Shown here piece after piece: positions 55,699 through 64,000 of a stretch of DNA of 64,000 bases; position 1 is the stretch's first letter; the number at the start of each line of letters is the position of its first letter. The notes beneath the pieces were generated by a model. The model did no database searches. It saw only the letters and a program-made list of their open reading frames with translations, and had not been told where the DNA came from. The position numbers and the translations under genes are program-made. Where the stretch lies: the NCBI GenBank assembly GCA_937922655.1, contig CALAJH010000011.1, positions 100,257-164,256 of the forward strand. The letters are read 5' to 3'. The DNA comes from an uncultured Bacteroidia bacterium. Lineage in GTDB: Bacteria; Bacteroidota; Bacteroidia; J057; CALAJH01.

Positions 55699-58602
55699 AT
55701 GCATATCCTGATTGTATTTGTTTACATTTGTTGGACGGCGTTTGGCGCCTCGGCGCAAACGGAAAAAACGTTTTTGTCGAACGCCCGCCAGCTTATCTAC
55801 GAGGGCAAGCGTTCGGGCGAAGGATATTTTTCCCAAGACGGCAAAAAAATTGTTTTTCAATCCGAACGCGAGGCCGACAATCCTTTTTATCAAATTTATG
55901 TATTGGATTTGGAAACGGGGGAGAGCCGTAGAATTTCGCCCGGCGTCGGCAAGACCACTTGCGCCTATTTCCGTTGGGGCGGTTACGACGAGATTCTTTT
56001 TGCTTCCACACACGAAGACCCTCAAGCCCGTGAAAAACAAAAAGCCGAAATCGAATTCAGAAATTCGGGTAAAGAACGTCGTTACTCGTGGGACTACGAC
56101 GAAACGATGGATATCTTTTCGGTCAAAACCGACGGCTCCGACCTCAAAAACCTCACGCGCACCCTTGGTTACGACGCCGAAGGCGCTTATTCCCCCGACG
56201 GCAAACTCATTGTTTTCTGTTCGACGCGCCACGCTTTTCCCGTTGAAAAACTTTCGGAAAAAGAACGCAAGATTCTCGAAACCGACCCCGCCTATTTCGG
56301 CGAAATTTATCTGATGAACGCCGACGGTTCCGACGTTCGTCGATTGACCGATTGGCCCGGTTACGACGGCGGGCCCTTTTTCACCCCCGACGGCAAACGC
56401 ATCGTTTTCCGACACTTCGAAGAAGACGGAACCACCGCCGACGTTTACACCATGAACCTCGACGGCTCGGACAAAAAAAGACTGACCGACTTCGGCTCCA
56501 TGAGTTGGGCTCCGTTTTTCCACCCTTCCGGAGACTACGTCGTTTTCGCTTCCAACAAACACGGCTTTGGTAATTTCGAACTTTTCATCGTCGACGCCGA
56601 AGGAAAAAAGGAACCCGTGCGCATTACCTATACCGACAAGTTCGACGGTTTGGCCGTGTTTTCTCCCGACGGTAAAAAATTGGCGTGGTGTTCGGCACGA
56701 ACGAGCGACGGAAAATCGCAAATATTCCTTGCGGATTGGAACGACGCGGCGGCACGCGAAGCCCTCAAAAACGCCCCGTCCCGCACCAACCACTCCCAAT
56801 TGGGCGCAACCCGCTTTCCCTCTTCCTACGGACATTTTCACGGCGACGAAGCCAACGCGTCTTGGAACCCCGAAATCACCGCCCAAGAACTCGAAAAATC
56901 CGTGCGTTTTTTGGCCTCCGACGAACTCGCCGGACGTATGACGGGTTCGGAAGGAGAAAAAGCCGCCGGCGAGTACGCCGCCAAACGTTTTCAATCCCTT
57001 GGCCTCAAACCCGTCGGCAAAGACTATTTTTATTCTTTCGATTTCACTTCCGACGTGGCGCCCAAAGCGGGAGCCAACCGCCTTTCCGCAAAAATTGCGG
57101 GAAAGCAAACGAATTTCGACCTCGAATCCGACTTTAACCCCATGGCTTTCGGCGACAACGCCACCGTTGGCGCTCCCGTGGTTTTTGCGGGTTACGGTCT
57201 CAAAATCCCCGAAGGCGAAGGCCTGCCCGCCCACGACGATTACGCGGGATTGGACGTCAAAGACAAAATCGTCGTCGTTTTTCGCGGCGTGCCGCAAGAC
57301 GTTTCCCCCGAACGACTTCGACGTTACAATCGCTACGCCGACCTGCGTTACAAGGCTATGATGGCCCGCGAAAAAGGCGCCAAAGCCATTGTCGTTGTGG
57401 ACGAGGAAAAACCCGAAAAGCCTATTGGGTTAAAATACGACCGTACGGCGGCCGCCTCGGGCATTGCCGCCGCCTCCATAAGCGCCGCCGCTCTCGACGT
57501 CTTACTCAAACCTTCTCAAAAAAACTTCGAACAACTTAAAAAAGAATGGCAGGGCGACAACCCCCATCGTTCAGGTTTTGAACTTAAAGACGTTACGCTC
57601 ACCCTCCAAACCGACCTCGTTCGACAAACCACCACGGGCCGCAACGTCGTCGCCCTACTCCCCCCCGCACAAGGCGGCGATTACATCGTGGTCGGGGCGC
57701 ATTACGACCACCTCGGACGCGGGGAAACCGGTTCTCGCGCCGAAGCCGAACGCAAGAATCACGTCCACAACGGCGCCGACGACAACGCCTCCGGAACCGC
57801 CGTCGTTCTCGAACTCGCGGAATATTTCGCCGACCTTTACAAAAAAAGCCCCGGCGATTTCAAAAAAGGAATGGTTTTCGCCCTGTGGTCGGGCGAAGAG
57901 CTGGGACTCATTGGTTCGACCGCTTACTGCGAAAAGCCCCCCGTACCCGCCGTCGCCTGCCTGAATTTCGACATGGTCGGCAGACTCAAAGACAACGAAC
58001 TCATCCTACAAGGTTTGGGCTCTTCCAATGCATGGAAACCGTTGATAGAAAAACGCAACGTCGCCGCAGGGTTTAACCTCAAAATCCAAGACGACCCTTA
58101 TCTACCCACCGACGCCACCTCTTTTTATCTCAAACAAGTTCCGATTCTTAATTTTTTCACGGGATTGCACGAACAGTATCATCACCCCGACGACGACGCC
58201 GATCTGCTCAACTACCCGGGCATGGAACGCATCGCCAAATTTTCCGCCGCCATTCTCAAAGATTTGGCCACCAAAGCCGAAAATCCCGATTACGTCAAGG
58301 TGGAAGCAAGCGCGAATATGTCTACTCGTCGCGCATCGGGCGTATACTTGGGCACGATTCCCGACTACGTTTCCGATGGCGAGGGCTTGAAACTTTCGGG
58401 CGTTCGGCCCGGTTCGCCCGCGGAAAAAGCGGGCGTTAAAGGCGGGGACGTAGTCGTGGAACTCGGAGGGATGGCCGTCAAAAACATCTACGACTATACC
58501 TACGCCATGGACGGACTTAAAATCGGGCAAAAAACAAGCATGGTCGTCGTGCGCGACGGTAAAAAAATCAAGCTCGAGCTAACGCCCGGAACCCGGGACT
58601 AA
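55699..58602 (+). CDS. Secreted M28 peptidase with TolB-like (PD40) propeller, PA and PDZ domains
   Basis: Repeated FSPDGK units; PA insert (VFAGYG..DDY.GLDVKDK); GAHYDHLG, GADDNASG, SGEELGL, NFDMVGR, YHHPDD; YLGTIPD..GSPAEKAG PDZ; ATG 55699. Confidence 0.92.
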   Translation: MHILIVFVYICWTAFGASAQTEKTFLSNARQLIYEGKRSGEGYFSQDGKKIVFQSEREADNPFYQIYVLDLETGESRRISPGVGKTTCAYFRWGGYDEILFASTHEDPQAREKQKAEIEFRNSGKERRYSWDYDETMDIFSVKTDGSDLKNLTRTLGYDAEGAYSPDGKLIVFCSTRHAFPVEKLSEKERKILETDPAYFGEIYLMNADGSDVRRLTDWPGYDGGPFFTPDGKRIVFRHFEEDGTTADVYTMNLDGSDKKRLTDFGSMSWAPFFHPSGDYVVFASNKHGFGNFELFIVDAEGKKEPVRITYTDKFDGLAVFSPDGKKLAWCSARTSDGKSQIFLADWNDAAAREALKNAPSRTNHSQLGATRFPSSYGHFHGDEANASWNPEITAQELEKSVRFLASDELAGRMTGSEGEKAAGEYAAKRFQSLGLKPVGKDYFYSFDFTSDVAPKAGANRLSAKIAGKQTNFDLESDFNPMAFGDNATVGAPVVFAGYGLKIPEGEGLPAHDDYAGLDVKDKIVVVFRGVPQDVSPERLRRYNRYADLRYKAMMAREKGAKAIVVVDEEKPEKPIGLKYDRTAAASGIAAASISAAALDVLLKPSQKNFEQLKKEWQGDNPHRSGFELKDVTLTLQTDLVRQTTTGRNVVALLPPAQGGDYIVVGAHYDHLGRGETGSRAEAERKNHVHNGADDNASGTAVVLELAEYFADLYKKSPGDFKKGMVFALWSGEELGLIGSTAYCEKPPVPAVACLNFDMVGRLKDNELILQGLGSSNAWKPLIEKRNVAAGFNLKIQDDPYLPTDATSFYLKQVPILNFFTGLHEQYHHPDDDADLLNYPGMERIAKFSAAILKDLATKAENPDYVKVEASANMSTRRASGVYLGTIPDYVSDGEGLKLSGVRPGSPAEKAGVKGGDVVVELGGMAVKNIYDYTYAMDGLKIGQKTSMVVVRDGKKIKLELTPGTRD

Positions 58603-58731
58603 TTTTTTCTGCAATGAGGGCGAAACCGAATTCTCACCCCTGCCGCATGCATTGGAGCGACGAAGAATGAACTTGGCTTCGGGAGGCCGGGCAAATAAGC
58701 GGGAAGTTGATTAAAATACGACGAGTGGCAA

Positions 58732-59939
58732 TCAAGGTACAGTTGATTCCTCGTTCGAGACCGTTCTTTGAAACAAGTCTTCGTTGCAGGCAAAAACGGC
58801 TTGGATAATTTTTTTCTTCCACTCGTCCAAAGAAGAACCGCTTTTGGCTTGGACGTTTTCCAACGCTTCGAGAACGCGTGAAACTTCGAATACCGATACG
58901 CCTTGAAGTTTTGCTTTAACCTGCATGACGGTTTGCCGTTCGGAATCGCTTAGAACGGTTTCTTTGTTGGCTTTGACGTAACTTTCGGCGCCCGAAGCGC
59001 CCTTTTCCGCTCCGGGGAGGCTGATGCGAAAAACGGCTCCACGCCCGGGTTCCGATTCGGCCGCGATGGTCCCGCCGTGCGCTTCGACCGCTTTTTACGC
59101 CCGAGCCAATCATGAGTTTTAAGGCCGATTCGTTGTAGCGCAGGGCCGCCGCCATGCGCCCGGTTTTCGCCGCCAACTCCGCGTGTCTGCCGTAGATGTA
59201 TCCGAGCGTGGCCATATCCCCGACTTTTTGGCTCAGCGTTTCGGCACGCAAAAAGTATTTTTCCGCTTCGTCAAATGCGCCTAAAAGCGTATGTACGTCT
59301 GCGATGTTGCCGTAGGCCGTCGCCAACCGCGAAAGGTCGTGAACCGTATCCATGACCGCCAACGACCGTCGGTGGTAAGACAAGGCCGGTTCCAAGAGTT
59401 TTTTGTCGTTTTGAGCGACGCCTTCCCGTCGATATAGGTTGCCCATGTTTTGGAGGCAAGATACCAAACCTTCGTCGTATTTGGTTTTTTCGTAAGCCTC
59501 CATATACTTTCTTGCTTGAGGGAACTCTTTCCTTTCCAAGTAAAGCAGTCCGAGGACTTCCTTGGCGATGGCGGCTTCCCTCGGCAAGGTTTTTCTTTTT
59601 TGCGCCGTCGGCCTCGGCCAAAGGAATGGCTTCGGTATAGAGGGCGATGGCGGAAACGTAGTCTCCCGCCGAAGCGTAAGCCAAGCCCAGCATATTCCTG
59701 CACCGCACCCGATAACGTTCAAATCCGATTTCGTCCGCCAATTTTTTGCCTTCCTCGCCGAATCGCACGGCTTTTTGCGGGTCGAAAAAACGGTGTTCTC
59801 AACACAAAAGGCACAGCGTTTTGACGCCTTGGGTGTCTTTGGCGACCGTAAGCGCGTTTTCAAGCGAATCGGTTGCCGCGTTTTGAGCGAATAGGCGAAA
59901 ACCCCAAAACGTCGCCGTTCCGACGACTACGAGCCGCAA
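58732..59939 (-). pseudogene. Degraded TPR-repeat sensor histidine kinase
   Basis: Signal + TPRs broken by an in-frame TGA (59799-59801) and a frameshift near 59590; joined out of frame near 59094 to a HATPase tail KAVEAHGGTIAAESEPGRGAVFRISLP. Confidence 0.8.
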
Positions 59940-61120
59940 TAAACGTCCAGTCCTCGTTGTAGGCATTCGACGGATTTTTCCAAGTCGGCAACATCCAGAA
60001 CGTAGGCCAGTCGGACGGTATTGCGTCCGGCGCCGGGGGTGGCGTAAAAACCCTCGCCCGGCGCCATCATCACCGTCGCCCCGTCGTGGGAAAATCTTTC
60101 CAACATAAAACGACAAAAATCTTCCGCGTTTTCGACGGGCAGGCGGGGCATGAGGTAAAAGGCTCCTTCGGGCATCGGGCAAACAACCCCGGCAATCGAA
60201 ACGATGGCGTTGTGGAGAAAGTCGCGGCGGGCTTTGTATTCACGACGCACCTCGTCGTAGTACGATTCGGGTAAATCAAACAAAGCTTCGGCGCCGATTT
60301 GTCCCAGCGACGGCGGGGAAAGCCGCGCTTGGGCGCATTTCGTCGCCACTGAAAGCACGCCTTCGTTTTCCGAAACCAAGGCGCCCACTCGCGCACCGCA
60401 AGCCGACCAACGTTTGGAAACCGTATCGACGACGACGACCCGGTTTTTCAGGTCCGTTCGTGCCAGTGCGGTTTCGGGACGCGAACCGTCGTAACGAAAG
60501 TCGCGATACGCTTCGTCGCTGACGACGAACAGGTCTTTTTCGTGGGCCAATGCCTCGATTCTTTCCCATTCGTCGCTACGGAGCAGTTTGCCCGTGGGAT
60601 TGGAAGGGTTGCAAACGAAAATGGCACGGGTACGTTCGGAAACCGCGGCGCGAAGCGCGTCGTCGGAGGGAAGCGCATAGCCGTCCTCCACCCGGCACGC
60701 CAGCGGTACGACTTTCACCTGCGCCATTTGCGCATAGGTGATGTAGTTGGCGTACATAGGCTCCGCAACGATGATTTCGTCTCCGGGGTCGGTCGTTGCC
60801 ATGAGTGCGAAGGCAATCGCTTCGCTTCCGCCGTTGGTGACGATGACGTTGGCGGGGGAAAGCGCGACGCCGTAGCGTTGGTAGTCTTGGGCCCATTTGA
60901 TGCGCAAAGGCTCGAAACCGGGCGAAGGGGAATAATCGAGCGTGCCGTGCGGATGGTTTTGAACGGCGTTCCAAAAAGGCTCGGGCGTAGGCAGGTCGGG
61001 TTGTCCGATGTTGAGTCCGTAAACGCGCAAGCCGCGATTGCGGGCCGCCGCCGCCAACGGCGCCAAACGACGTATGGGGGACGAGGGCAGGCGGAGACCC
61101 CGTTGGGATATTTCAGGCAT
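59927..61120 (-). CDS. PLP-dependent class I/II aminotransferase (aspartate aminotransferase-like)
   Basis: LNIGQPD, TNGGSEA, CNPSNPTG, SDEAY, DTVSKRWSACGARVG, PEGAFY. Confidence 0.95.
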   Translation of the reverse strand: MPEISQRGLRLPSSPIRRLAPLAAAARNRGLRVYGLNIGQPDLPTPEPFWNAVQNHPHGTLDYSPSPGFEPLRIKWAQDYQRYGVALSPANVIVTNGGSEAIAFALMATTDPGDEIIVAEPMYANYITYAQMAQVKVVPLACRVEDGYALPSDDALRAAVSERTRAIFVCNPSNPTGKLLRSDEWERIEALAHEKDLFVVSDEAYRDFRYDGSRPETALARTDLKNRVVVVDTVSKRWSACGARVGALVSENEGVLSVATKCAQARLSPPSLGQIGAEALFDLPESYYDEVRREYKARRDFLHNAIVSIAGVVCPMPEGAFYLMPRLPVENAEDFCRFMLERFSHDGATVMMAPGEGFYATPGAGRNTVRLAYVLDVADLEKSVECLQRGLDVYCGS

Positions 61121-61274
61121 ACAGTGGGCTATTCACCCCAAAATTACAAAAATACCTTATGCGCTGCGCCCCGTGCGCGGCCTTACCATGCGCTTGGTTG
61201 CCGGTTTGAAAAAAATACCTGAAAGTTTACCCGGGTTTTCAATTCGGACGCGACGCAAACACGGTATTTATTCT

Positions 61275-61282
61275 TAAATTTG
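61275..61282 (+). promoter_or_regulatory. Bacteroidota -7 element (TAAATTTG) for nadK
   Basis: Matches TAnnTTTG upstream of the GTG start. Confidence 0.6.
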
Positions 61283-61316
61283 TCGCTAAAAATCTCAAAC
61301 TCATTTTTTTAACAAC

Positions 61317-62207
61317 GTGAAAATTGCCCTTTTCGGCCGACTGACGGCCAAAACTTCTCCCGGAGTTTTGTCGGATTTTGTTCGTTTTTTGTTGGAACGT
61401 GAAATAGATTTCAGTGTTTTTCGTCCGTATCGCGACGAATGGGCGGCCCACGCCGATTTCAAACATCTGGCGGCCGTCGCTCCGAAAACTTTTGAACATC
61501 GAAATGAAGTCGCGGGCGTGGATTATCTTTATTGCATGGGAGGAGACGGCACGATATTGGAGGCCGCTCGGTTTGTACGCGAAACCCCGGTTTTGCTCGT
61601 CGGCGTGAATATGGGAAGACTTGGTTTTTTGACTTCCGTGCCGCAGGAAGAGCTTGTCGAGCGGACGATCGACCTTCAAGCCGGCGCGTGGAAGGAAGAC
61701 CCCCGGACGGTTTTGACCGTACACGCCAACAAAGGCGAACTTTTCGGTCAATCCCCCCTTGGCATCAACGAGGTCAGCCTCCATAAAATGTACGGCAACG
61801 AAATGATTATTATTCACACCTACGTCAACGGCGAATTCATGAACTCGTATTGGGCCGACGGCTTGATTATCGCCACTCCCACGGGTTCGACGGCATACAA
61901 CCTCGCCTGCGGCGGGCCGATTATCGCCCCTCAATCGGAAACGTTGGTCATCACGCCCATCGCGCCCCACTCGCTTACCGTTCGTCCCGTCGTCCTGCCC
62001 GATTTCTCGGTTATCACCCTTGCCGTTGAATCCCGCGCCCGAAAATCCATGATTGCCATCGACAACCAAAGTTACATCGTCGAAAACGATATAGAAATTG
62101 CCGTAACCAAAACCGATTTTCAAATTAAGTTGGTTCGCTTTGGTGCAAGGGGATATTTTTCCACCCTTCGCAACCGCTTGAATTGGGGCGTGGACACCCG
62201 AAATTAA
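61317..62207 (+). CDS. nadK: NAD kinase
   Basis: GGDGT, GVNMGRLGFL, NE motif, ADGLIIATPTGSTAYNLACGGPI, PIAPHSL. Confidence 0.96.
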   Translation: MKIALFGRLTAKTSPGVLSDFVRFLLEREIDFSVFRPYRDEWAAHADFKHLAAVAPKTFEHRNEVAGVDYLYCMGGDGTILEAARFVRETPVLLVGVNMGRLGFLTSVPQEELVERTIDLQAGAWKEDPRTVLTVHANKGELFGQSPLGINEVSLHKMYGNEMIIIHTYVNGEFMNSYWADGLIIATPTGSTAYNLACGGPIIAPQSETLVITPIAPHSLTVRPVVLPDFSVITLAVESRARKSMIAIDNQSYIVENDIEIAVTKTDFQIKLVRFGARGYFSTLRNRLNWGVDTRN

Positions 62208-62676
62208 CTCCGCGTCTTAAAGCGGCGTTTATCAAGCGCTTAAATTATCGACAAAAATATTTGAAAAATTTTCGTATGGATACCTCCCCTCAATTTTGTC
62301 GGCGTCAAATCGATGACGGCGGCTTTTGCTTGCGCGCATCCCAATTGTTTCAATGAATAATCCTCCCCTTGTGCCGATTTTCGGCATTACTTGTTGGGCG
62401 CCATCGTTTTAACGGCGCGTGGGCTTTCAAAGTCTTTCAACCGATGAAACGAACCTAGTTGTCTGCCGAATTTTTCGAAGCGCTCGTCGGTTGCCTCGGT
62501 TTTTTCTTTTATCACCAACCCGTCATTGTCTGTTTACCGTTGCCTTTGCGGGGGTATGCAACCCAATTTTATCCTTTTCGTATAACGACAAACGCCTCAA
62601 AGACTTATGTCGGCTACCGCAAACGGAAAACTATGCTTTGCAAACGCCGCCGCATCGTTCACCCAAAATTTTTGCT

Positions 62677-62684
62677 TAACTTTG
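62677..62684 (+). promoter_or_regulatory. Bacteroidota -7 element (TAACTTTG) for rpoN
   Basis: Matches TAnnTTTG 36 nt upstream of ATG 62721. Confidence 0.6.
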
Positions 62685-62720
62685 AGCGTCCGGCATTGGA
62701 CTATTTGATTGTAGACCGCC

Positions 62721-64000
62721 ATGCTAAAACAAGGTTTGTTCCAAAAGTTATCGCAACGTATTTCTCCGCAACAGATACAATTTATCAAGTTGTTGGAGAT
62801 ACAAACGGCCGAACTCGAGGCTCGAATCAAGGAAGAGCTTGAGGAGAACCCCGCGTTGTTGGACGTGAGTGAACCGATGGACGAGGCGGATTCGACGAGC
62901 GAAAACGCCGAGGACTCCGTCGAAGACTCCGCGCCCGAGACCTTCGACGCCTCCGACTCCGAACTCAACGAGGTCAGTATGGAGGAGTACCTCACCGACG
63001 ATTTCGACTACAAAACCCATTTGCCCGACGACCCCAACCGCGAAACCTACGAAATACCCATCGTCCAAAAGCGTTCGCTCTACGACTTTCTCGAACAACA
63101 AGTGGGTATGTTGCCCTTCGACGAACGCCAAGAAATTATTGCCGAACACGTCATCGGCAACATCGATGAAGACGGCTATTTGCGTCGCTCCGCCGCCGCC
63201 ATTGTTGCCGAGTTGGCCTTCAAACGCTCGATGGACGTCGAGGAAGCCGAAGTCGAATACGTCATTGAAAAAATCCAAGGACTCGACCCGCCGGGCGTCG
63301 GAGCCCCCGACCTCAAAACCTGTTTGCTCATCCAGCTCAAAAGAAAACAACCCACCCCGCAAGTACGAACCGCCATCCGTGTTGTTGAAGAGTGTTTTGA
63401 GGAATTCACCAAAAAACATTTCGACAAAATCATGGACAAACTCGACCTCGACGGCGATTTTTTCAAAGAAGTCTATCATCTCATCACCAAGCTCAATCCC
63501 AAACCCGGCGAATCCGAAACGGAAATCAAAAACCAATACATCATCCCGGACTTTTTGCTGACGGTAAACGGCACGGACATCGAAATCAAACTCAACCGAC
63601 AAAACGCCCCCGAACTTAAAGTAAACAAACGCTACCTTGCGCTTTTTAAAGAGTACGAGGCGGAAGCGAAAAAAAACGGCGCCGACAAAAAAGAGTCCAA
63701 AGAAACGCTCAAATTCGTCAAATCCAAGATAGATTCGGCCAAATGGTTCATCGACGCACTTAAACAAAGACAATTCACGTTGCTCAAAACGATGTTTTCC
63801 ATCGCCGAATTTCAAAAAGAATTTTTTCTTTCCGAATGCGATTTCACCAAACTTCGCCCCATGGGCCTAAAAGACATCGCCGAGGCAATTAACATGGACG
63901 AATCGACGGTGAGCCGCGTAACCAAAAGCAAGTACGTCCAAACCGACCACGGCATTTTTCGGCTCAAAGAATTCTTTTCCGAAGGCGTTAAAAACGACGC
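62721..64000 (+). CDS. rpoN: RNA polymerase sigma-54 (3' truncated; absent from the ORF track)
   Basis: Translated by hand: MLKQGLFQKLSQRISPQQIQFIKLLE..EELEENPAL, IGNIDEDGYL, DPPGVGA, LRPMGLKDIA, ESTVSRVT. Confidence 0.96.
   Translation, partial: MLKQGLFQKLSQRISPQQIQFIKLLEIQTAELEARIKEELEENPALLDVSEPMDEADSTSENAEDSVEDSAPETFDASDSELNEVSMEEYLTDDFDYKTHLPDDPNRETYEIPIVQKRSLYDFLEQQVGMLPFDERQEIIAEHVIGNIDEDGYLRRSAAAIVAELAFKRSMDVEEAEVEYVIEKIQGLDPPGVGAPDLKTCLLIQLKRKQPTPQVRTAIRVVEECFEEFTKKHFDKIMDKLDLDGDFFKEVYHLITKLNPKPGESETEIKNQYIIPDFLLTVNGTDIEIKLNRQNAPELKVNKRYLALFKEYEAEAKKNGADKKESKETLKFVKSKIDSAKWFIDALKQRQFTLLKTMFSIAEFQKEFFLSECDFTKLRPMGLKDIAEAINMDESTVSRVTKSKYVQTDHGIFRLKEFFSEGVKND

Noticed and set aside
59799-59801. 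In-frame TGA as selenocysteine or readthrough
   Set aside because: The same gene has a frameshift and a deletion, and the context fits a TGG-to-TGA nonsense change
1-64000. CRISPR arrays, tRNA/rRNA, IS elements, prophage
   Set aside because: No repeat-spacer periodicity, cloverleaf motifs, transposase or integrase seen by eye; a formal tRNAscan/Infernal run was not possible

Overview
A 64-kb gene-dense core-chromosome segment from a Bacteroidota genome. The assignment rests on TAnnTTTG -7 promoter elements, a T9SS type-B substrate, a short CarB, a group II GGGP synthase and HYC_CC_PP/DUF4249 families. It runs from the 3' end of mfd to the 5' part of rpoN and holds about 47 intact or edge-truncated CDSs. 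These include housekeeping genes (aroB, pheT, carB, tdk, dnaN, rplY, nadK), tryptophan/kynurenine catabolism genes, envelope/EPS enzymes, two TonB-dependent receptors and three large secreted metallopeptidases. Two pseudogenes are present: a DUF5131 fragment and a TPR histidine kinase with a nonsense codon, a frameshift and an internal deletion. I saw no rRNA, tRNA, CRISPR array or intact mobile element. The most notable signals are: (1) an M1 aminopeptidase apparently fused to an Omp85-type beta-barrel, a possible type-V-like self-displaying protease; (2) a Cys-rich, Pro-Pro-motif small ORF directly upstream of a Cys-Cys TonB receptor, a candidate metal-sensing leader; (3) a TerB/FHA-like/ABCG-like single-chain transporter; (4) a GT2 + radical SAM/SPASM pair; (5) several promoters only 4 nt from the ATG, suggesting leaderless mRNAs. 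All product calls come from motif recognition by eye; no database search was run.
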